Positions 54,999-64,000 of a stretch of 64,000 bases of DNA are shown here, piece after piece; the stretch's first letter is position 1, and each line of letters starts with the position of its first letter. Source of the stretch: Eukaryota sp. GEM-RC1 (taxonomy: Eukaryota); NCBI GenBank assembly GCA_040285855.1, contig JAUFOQ010000002.1, positions 1-64,000 on the forward strand, read 5' to 3'. Made by a program: the position numbers and the translations under genes. A model generated the notes under the pieces. That model was not told where the DNA came from, searched no databases, and was given only the letters and a program-made list of their open reading frames with translations.

Positions 54999-57184
54999 TT
55001 AAGACAAAATAATTCGAGCATCAACAGCACAAATCTTGGTAGAGTCACCATCTTGATAGGAAATCAAAGGGTTAATATCAATTTCACCAATAATTCCCCT
55101 ATACGCATCAGCCAACTCAGAAACCTTTACTACAATATCAGCTAATGCTTGACGGTCAACCTTAGGAGATCCTCTATATCCATCAATAATCTTCTGAGCC
55201 TTAAGATTATCAATCATCTTCAAAGCGTCAGCAGGGTGCGCAGGACACAAAGAGAAAGAAACATCGTTCAAAACTTCAACTAAAACACCACCAATACCAC
55301 ATAGAACTAAGTGTCCAAAAGTAGGATCGTCTACAACACCAGCGATGACTTCGGTACCCTTAGGAACCATGGCAGCAATCATAATTCCACGAGTATCGCG
55401 TTCCTTGAATCTTTCAAAGAGATCTTCAGCAACTTCCTTTACCTCTTCAACACCCTTAACTCCAACGAAAACAGCACGTTCATCAGATTTGTGAATTACT
55501 TGAGGAGAGACAAGTTTAATTACAACCTTTTGGTTATCAAACTTGGCCTTGTACTGGTCAATAGCTTCTTGTACAGAAGTAACAAAAGCACGATCAGGGA
55601 TAGCAATACCTTGAAGACGGAAAATCTCAGCAGCTTCAGGTTCTAAAAGAACAGTGCGGTTATCATTCTTAGCTCCTTCAATAATAGCATCAATTTCTGG
55701 TTTTCTAGCGCAAGATCCAGCAGCGGGGAGATTCTTAATCGATTCTTCTGATTTGAGGTACTCCTGATATCTAACCATCTTAGAGAGGGCAGCGGCAGCC
55801 TTTTCTTCAGTATCATAAATAGGGAAACCAGACTTAGATAGACTTTCAGCAATAAAACCATCTTCAGTACCACCTACAACAACAGTAAGAATAGGCTTAG
55901 AAGGCTTGTTTTCACCACTAAAGTTACTAATAATCTTTTGAACTAAATCATCAGCGGGAAGATTAGGTACGCATGTAAGAATAACAACAATAATAGAATC
56001 AGCCGAATCTTCAGCAAGAGCCAAATTGATAGCCTTGACATAGTCATCAACACAAGCAGATCCAGTCAAATCGAAGGGATTCTCACAGGGATAGAAAGGA
56101 GGGAAGGTCTTTCTGAAGGTGGCCTTGGTTTCTTCAGAGATTCCGGCAAGTTCTAAACCATAATCATCAAGAGAATCACAAAGCATAACACCAGCACCAC
56201 CTCCGTTAGTTACCACAGCAACTCTACGTGACTGAGGAAGAGGTTGGTTGGTGAAAGCACGACCGCAATCAAAGAGATCAGTCCATTTCAACACTCTAAT
56301 GCAACCAGCCTGGGCAAGAAGCTGATCAGTGACAGCATCGTTGGCGGCAAGGGAAGCTGAGTGAGAGGCAGAAGCGTGAGCACCGGCATTAGTTCTGTTT
56401 GATTTGATAGTGATGACAGGCTTGGTTCGTGTAACTTGACGAAGTTTACGGAGATATTGAGCGCCATTCTTAAAGCCTTCTAGATAAGACCAAATGATTT
56501 TGGTTTGTTCGTCGGTTTCCAAGTAATCAAGAGCGTCCAATTCGTTGACATCGCAAGCATTACCGAAAGAGAGGATTCTGGCTACAGAGTCAGTCATGTG
56601 AGCCTTAACTAGTTCGTTCATGATGGCAGCAACAAGAGCACCGGATTGGGAGAAGAGGGAGATGTTACCAATACCAGGTCTCTTAAGCTTCTCAATAGGG
56701 AGAAAGACGGTGTCAATGCCTCTGAGGGGAGAATAGAGACCAATGCAGTTGGGGCCAATAACTCTAGCATCAACGGCTGCACACATATCTGCGATTTGTT
56801 GTTGAAGACGAGCGCCTTCTTCATCGATTTCAGCAAATCCACCAGGAATAACAAGGAAGTTGCGGATACCCTTAGCAATACATGCTTCAACAGACGAAGG
56901 GACAAACTTGGCAGCAGTAACAATAACAGCGGCATCTACATTCTCAGGAAGATCAGAGATGTTTTTAAGAAGAGCATGACCAAAGAGTTCGCCTCCGCGG
57001 GGATTAACCATGTGGATATCTCCCTTAAAAGTGGCGCAGAAACGCTCAGCAAGGACATAACCAGCGGAATCCTTTTTGTTGAAGCGCCAACAATTACGTA
57101 GGACTGTGCTTCAAAGAAGGCTTCGATAGATCTCTTTTCTGTGGTGTTGTTCTGAAATCAGAGCTCAAAACGACATACGGTCAT
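54999..57184 (-). CDS. Acetyl-CoA synthetase, ADP-forming (acetate-CoA ligase, alpha-beta fusion)
   Basis: VIVGAS, IGPNCIG, SQSGA, ASHSASLA (phospho-His), TNGGGAG, NPFDLTG, HKSD, EIDINP; 27-nt intron 57152-57178; one A-run indel near 57075. Confidence 0.93.
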
Positions 57185-58213
57185 TAGTAACAGAAAGTTG
57201 TCCTTTTGCATGCATATTTTTTCTTCAAGATTTCTATGTTAATACCTGTATGATGGTTTATATCGCAACAGTTACTCGACACAATGTGAGTTGAAGATGG
57301 TACTGTTGTTATTTTCATGCGATTCTGAAGCGGGGAATAGTTAAAATTCGACTAGATATGATAAGCGGGGATCTTCATCACTGTCCGATAGCCAAAGCCA
57401 TGATTAACCTTAGAACAAGGGACGATGATTACGCTAAAAATCTCTCATTGAATCATCGTGTTCAAGAATAGTATTAATTTTTCTTAGTCGGCCAAAAGTA
57501 CTTTTTCGGTTTATGATTGATATGTAGATGATCTGAATGTAATATAGGTTCCATGGTCAAACTCCATCAAACTCCAAAGAAGTGGAGAGATACTTCACTC
57601 GTTCAAGAAAAACAATTGTTCTTGCTCTAAAATCATGCTTTCTGGAAAGAGAATGCAATCGCATTGTTTTGACATCGTAGAATTAATATTTACAGCAAAT
57701 CAATTCAGCTTTGGTTGTATCTTCCCATATTGTAAAACATTGTCCATAAATTTATATTAATCGTTAACAATAACAGTACCATATTGTTCAAAGTCTCATA
57801 TTTTCAATTTATATTGTTGATACATAATAAATATACATATATTGTTTCGATTGATTGTTGTACATGGTTACTTCATTGTTCAAAGAAATCCAGATAACAC
57901 AGAGATGAACTGGATCCAATACAGACTCTGGCAACTGATGTTTACGGTTTTTGTCAGCATGGAAATTTGTTGTTAAGGTAACAAGTTTTTAGAGGATCAC
58001 TTGCACATATATATGAGATTGATACAAGTACCAATACTAAATTCTAAAACAACAATTGCGGACTGACTGATGGGTCTATATTTTAGTTTGTATTTATGTA
58101 TTAGTCAAAATGAAAGTTCGTGTATTAACAAGTACAATATGGTTTGAACGAAGGCACTGAATGTCGTTGAAACAGAATGACTAAATGTAACTTAATTTAT
58201 TATAATACAAGGG

Positions 58214-61200
58214 TTAATTTTCAAAAATTCGCAATATTTCTGTGGCGGTACTACTTAGACTACTGTCATCAGAGTTTTGACATTCTTTGATCAAAGCAAA
58301 GAATCCATGTGATTTGAGTTCATTTAGAGCAATCATTGAATCTAAAGCCAGACACTTAACGGAATTCAAAGCAAACAGTTTTGAATTGACGTCTAAAGAT
58401 TGTAAACCCTTTACCAAAGCGTTGAATCCATCCTTATTACGTATATTTCCTCTTCCTCCATCATCAAGACACATATGAGAAAGAATCCGAAGGGCATCCC
58501 TTTCAGCTTTGGAGTCGGATTCATGAAGAACTGTCTTGACAATTTTAGAAACAACGTCTAACTCAAGAAGAGCTCTTCTGGATTGTGGAGTGCAAGACAT
58601 ATTACAGAGACAAGAAAGAGAATAGCGATGAGAAACCTTGTCAGCAGAACCAACAAACTTCAAAATAACAGCGTGAGCATTGGATGACATCAATGCCAAC
58701 TCATTCTTTTCATCAAAAGTCAAATTAGTTAAGGCTCGGAGAGCATAACGGATAGTGTCTAAATCAGGTGATGTGAGACACTTAACCAAAAGAGAAAGAG
58801 CACCACAATCACGCAGCACTGCCTTGTTTTTGGTTGATATTGATAAATTAATTAAAGCACCTGCAGATGATCGTCGTGTTTCCACATCTTCACTAGCCAA
58901 AAGAGTAACAATTGACCTTAAAGCAGAGGAATCCATTGATTGACGAATTTCAGAAGCCACAGATAGAATTGACAAAGTTCTCATGGCATAACGAACAACC
59001 TGGACATCCTTAGAAACTAAACATTTCAAGAGTTCAGACACACCACCAATGTTAAATATTTCCTTTTTGTTATTATCGTCAAAAGACAGATTTCTTAAAC
59101 ATCTAGCAGAATCTCTTGCAACCTTTGAGTCATCGTGACCTAAGTGAGAAACTATTAAACCAAGCGCAGATAGAGATTTAAACGAAGCCTTGTGAGAGTC
59201 GGAAATAGAGAGATTACAACAAGTTCCTAAAGATTTCCTTTTAACTTCTAAGTCAGATGAACCAACACACTCAAGAATAGTACGGAGACCACCTAAGTTC
59301 ATAACCTCTGATTCGCAGACTTCTTCCAAAGTCAAGACGTAAAGGGCTTTGATTGCACTGCGGATGACCTCAATGTTGGAGGAGTTTAACCAGGAAAGTA
59401 GGGGTGGGAGGACTCCTAAATCCTTAAAAATGACTCTGTTGGCCTCAATAGAAGCAAAATTAGCAACAGATTTGACTAGATAAATGATAGTATCGGCATC
59501 TTGAGTAGTAAAGAAATTGGATAGAGTAATAAATCCATTGGCAGCCTTGAAATCGGACTTGAACTTATCATTAGTTGATAAATGAGAAATAGTTTCAAAG
59601 GCAAACACACTGATTTCAGTAGTTTTAGAGGAGCAACATTCTAACAACATCAGAATTAGTCGTCGTTCTCTAGCCAAAACTTCCTTTGCTTCAGAATGTT
59701 GTCCTAAATTCTTAGTAAGACTAAGACAACTGGAAAGCAAACTCTTATTGTCAGATTGAAGAGCAGAAGTGAAGACATTGAGAATTTCAGAAATAATACC
59801 AGATTTCAATATTTGGGCAGCAATATGATTATTTCCAGTAGACAAACCTGCCAAAACCTTTACAGCTTCTGTTACTACCTCTACATCCTTACTGGACACA
59901 GAAGAGCATACAGATCCAACCATGGAAAAGTTCTGGACAGCAGCCACAGTTTCACTGTAAGAAGCTAGGATAGACAACAATCTAAGAGCATATTTCTTAC
60001 AACCAGGGTCTAAAGTTTTTGTAGCAATATTGACAATAATTCTCAATAAGCCAGAATCCCGGATCATTAATTTAAATTGGTCTTCAGTTGACAGATTACA
60101 AAGAATTCTTAAACTATATAACTGTAAATCCTTGTCATCAAATGAAAGAATTCGAGTCAATTTAGGCAATATCCCCAGAGATATCAATTCAGGCTTATTC
60201 TTAGTGTTGAGAGCAACATTAATCAAAGCTCCAGTCAAACTCTTTAAAACGTCAACATCACTGGAGTCAAGGGACTTTAAAACAACTGGAATGATGTTCT
60301 TCAACCTAAACTCAATTCTGTTTTCTGAATTCATTGAAAGTAACATCAAAGTTCGTGCAGTATATCTGATCAATTCAGAATCCTTTCTGGAGAGCTGACT
60401 AGCAATGATAGGAAGACCATCAGATCGACGAACAACAGTCTTTGCAGCCTCTTTGAAGCAAAGATTCCTCATTGCTTTCATAACTAATCGTCTAGTGTCA
60501 ATGGAAGAATCTGCAAGAGTTGCCAGCAAAGCAGGGATGGCGCCCATTTCAATTAAGGAATCGACAAGAGATTCAGATGAAGTGAGGTAACGGATGAAAG
60601 AAACAAGGGCAGTTTTAGAGTTAGTTTTAGAATTCTCTAACATGGAGATTGTGTTTGACAAAGCTCCCAAACTGGAAAACTCTGGAATAAATCCAGAATC
60701 TTTTTTAAACAAGTCCAATATTTGAATAACAAATGATACAATTGGTTGCGAAGGTAATCTAGAACATGATACAATGTAACGGAGTCCTTGCAGTTGTCTA
60801 ACAAGATTCCTTGCAGGCAGTGATCCTAAAAGAAGAGAAGAAAGCTCCTCTAATACTTTGGAAACAGTATCCATGTTGATATCAAGAGAAGAAACTTCCT
60901 TATCGGAAAGAGTTGGTCCAGATTTTTGATAAGAACGAACATTCTCAGACAAAGTTGTCAACAGTTCGGTAATTCTTGAACTTGTAACTGGAAGTAACTC
61001 TGGTTCAGTTGCAGAAGCTGACGATGGTCGTTTTCTACCTGAATAAGGACGACTGAAGGGAGGGGAAGTAGAGGAAGTGGGAGGGGCTGGAGTGTTTGGC
61101 CTTGAAAACGGAACTGGCGGCAGAGAAACAGTGGAAACTTGCTCATGATTGGTTAAGGTTTGGGCCTGGAGCTTAGTGCATGATTCTTGTAATTGAGATA

Positions 61201-64000
61201 TTTTAGCTTCAGATTGGATTCTATAACGCTTGTAGTTCTCAACCTGGGCTAAAACATCAGTTTCTAGATTCTTAATTTTTTGTTGATAATTCTTTCGTTC
61301 AGCAGATAATTCTTGAGCAAAAACCTTTGCAGTTTCCAACTTAGTTTGTTCAACTAATTCTTCAGCTTGTCTATCTGTAAACTGCATTTGAGCATCAATT
61401 TCAAGCTGCAACTCCTTGATTTTTCGACTGGCAGTTTCCATATCTTGAGAATTCTGAGTTTCAAATTCCCGCTTTAATTTATTGACAGTCTTATCGAATT
61501 TGTGTCGTAATGAATTTAACTCAGAATTTAGTCTTCTGTTTTCTTCTGAAAGTCGTGACAGATCACCAGCCAATTTGCGGTTTTCTTGTAGTAGATCAGT
61601 GTCAAGAGAAGTAGTGTATTCTGATTGCTTATTGAGCTCTACTTGCAAATCGTGGATTTTTTCGGCTGCTGATCCTAACTCTTCTTGGAAGGAAGCAATT
61701 TGTCGTGATAGTCTATCGGTTTCAACAATGTGTTGCTCCTTCAGAGTTCGAACTTCCTGTTTATGTTGGGCTTGCAGAGACTGGAGTTGAGTCTCAAGAT
61801 CAAAGAACTTATCACGGAAGCCATCACTAATAACTGGAGTCGATGATCGAGGTTCAGGAGAGGAAAGTCTCTCAATTTGATGAACCAATTCTGATTGATC
61901 CTTTTCTGATTGAATCATCTGCATTTTAAGCTCTTCTTGAAGAACCTTGTTGTGTTTAATACACGCATCGATTTCCTCATTTAATTCCCCTAACATTACC
62001 TTCCAACTTCTCCTTTTCCTGTTCAAGAGCAGTAATTCTTTGGTCAGCAGTGGTATTGTTAGATAGAGCATGGAGATTGTCTGTTAATAAAGAAATTTGG
62101 GACTGTAACATTTGGATCTCATTGTTCAGTGATTCTTTTTCCTTTTCACTTTGACCTATTAGAGCTTCCATTTCATTTTCTAGTATACCAGCTCTGTCAA
62201 CGGCAGCAGCTAACTGTTCCTGAACTTCATTCATCTGATTACCAATCTCTTCATGTAAGTTTTCCTCCTCAATGACTTCAGGGATACTGTTTAGTGCCTG
62301 AAGCTCAGCCAACTTGGTTTTAGTGAGGGAATGTTGGTAAACTTCGTTGGAGAAGGCAACACTGGCCTGAGATAACTCTCTTTCTAACAGCTGGACTCGT
62401 TCTACACCTTCAGCTTCCCGTTGAGTTAGATCCTCCAATTGTTCTTGAAGACTTGAAATTTTGTCATTAAACGAACTTTGTAATGAGTCAACATCAGCTA
62501 TTTGTTTCTGCATCAATTCAGCAGTAGAATGTTGATGAGAATTTTCGAGTGCAGATACGATCTCCTCTAACTTTCTGATTTCAGAGGTTTTATCCAAAAT
62601 AACAGATTCTTGACGCTTGAATTGGTCCATGAGGGATGAAGCTTTCACTAACTCAGACTCAAGAACATTAATCTTTTGAACACCTTCAGACTCACGCTGA
62701 GTCAATTCATCCAAAGTGGACCTTAAATCAATCATCTTCGACTCATATGACGACTTCAATTTTGCAAGTTCTTGTTCCTGTTGACGTTCAATTTGATCAA
62801 TTTCTATAGCGCGTTGTTTCTGGACATTTTCAATCTCTTGTTGAAGTTTCTTATTGAAAGCCAAAACTTCAGCCTCTTTAGCTTGAACTGCAGCTTGGAG
62901 TGAATTATCCTTGACTTGGAGTTGTTCAACAAATGACTTGGTAGTTTCCAATTCACTTTCCACTTCTTGTAATTTATCTCGGTGAGCTGCCAAATCGTCT
63001 TCTGTTGTAGTGCGATGCTCTTCAGCTAAATTTAATTCAGTAGAAAGGTTCTGTAGTCTTGACTGGAGAGAATCTCGATGAGTTTTAGCACTCTGTAACT
63101 CAGTTGTTGCAGCTTCAAGTTGAGATCGTAAATGGTCAGCTTCGGACTTATAAACATTCAACTGTTGTTTCGTTTCATCGAGAGCTGTCTGTGCCTTTAA
63201 CAAAGCATCACTATCCTTCTTCATATGTTCTTCATGCTTTAGTAACTCAGACTCAAGAACATTAATCTTATGAACACCTTCAGACTCACGCTGAGTCAAT
63301 TCATCCAAAGTGGATCTTAATTCAGTCATTTTAGATTCGTAAAACTGCTTCAAACCATAAATCTCAGTCTGTTTCTTAGTTTGTAACTCTTTGATTTTCA
63401 ACTCTTTCTGTTGCTTTAAGTGTTGAATTTCAGATTTAAGACTGCTATTCAAGGAAGTTACTTCAGCCTCTTTAGCTTGAACTGCAGCTTGGAGTGAATT
63501 ATCCTTGACTTGGAGTTGTTCAACAAATGACTTAGTAGTTTCCAATTCACTTTCCACTTCCTGTAATTTCGCTTCACGCTTAGCAAGTTCTTCAGCAGTG
63601 AGAGTTCCTTTTTGTTTCGCGGATTCTAATTCAGTAGAAAGGTTCTGTAGTTTTGATCGAAGAGAATCTCGATGAGTTTTAGCACTTTGTAACTCAGTTG
63701 TTGCAGCTTCAAGTTGAGATCGTAATTGGTCAGCTTCGGACTTATATCGACGCAATTCCTCTTCAGTTCTCTTTTTAGCCTCTTGTTCTATTTGCAACAG
63801 TTCATTATCTTTTTTCATAGAGTTTTCATGCTTTAACAGTTCCGAGTGCAATAAACTGATTTTTTCAACACCTTCAGACTCACGCTGAGTCAATTCATCC
63901 AAAGTAGACCGTAAATCAATCATCTTCGACTCATATGACGACTTCAGTTTAGCAAGTTCTTGTTCCTGTTGACGTTCAATTTGATCAATTTCTATAACAC
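58214..64000 (-). CDS. Very large coiled-coil protein with C-terminal armadillo repeats (5' end outside window)
   Basis: Long coiled coil, Pro/Ser linker, many ARM units (A..AL.NLS); +1 break near 61977. Confidence 0.8.
62650..64000 (-). repeat. 594-bp (198-aa) coding tandem repeat
   Basis: caccttcagactcacgctgagtc recurs at 62681, 63275 and 63869. Confidence 0.9.

Noticed and set aside
10525..57080. Numerous -1 frame breaks (cathepsin, NOG1 tail, M28, LmbE-like, kinesin, ARM/HEAT, Ku80, APC1, ACS) read as pseudogenes or -1 recoding
   Set aside because: All are fixed by adding one base to an A or T run in otherwise intact genes, which is typical long-read homopolymer error

Overview
Left end of a eukaryotic (protist) chromosome. 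A 3.8-kb telomere of mixed CCCTAA/CCCTAAA repeats is followed by a rearranged, transposon-rich subtelomere. That subtelomere contains a 2.06-kb duplication capped directly by the telomere, a pogo-like DNA transposon split by an inversion, nested hAT/pogo/Mutator-type MITEs and RLE-type non-LTR retroelements. The rest is compact genes with tiny 26-48 nt GT-AG introns: papain-family protease, NOG1, proteasome alpha5 and Rpt4, M28 peptidase, bacterial/phage-type NlpC/P60 hydrolase, LmbE-like NagB C-domain, kinesin-8, SERCA-type ATPase, Ku80, M12B metallopeptidase, RPS10, N-truncated APC1, ADP-forming acetyl-CoA synthetase and a giant coiled-coil/ARM protein. The gene content suggests an anaerobic, probably metamonad-type bacterivore (inference). 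Many ORFs are broken by single-base homopolymer indels, most likely long-read errors. Main leads: (i) all 12 introns have a branch-point A fixed at -7 from the 3' end; (ii) three +1 breaks in conserved genes sit exactly at homopolymer-codon+stop (Euplotes-like frameshift candidates, error not excluded); (iii) a 13-nt alternating telomere and de novo telomere healing; (iv) retroelements inserted at ACTAATTC in DNA-transposon termini; (v) a domesticated, intron-bearing peptidoglycan hydrolase.
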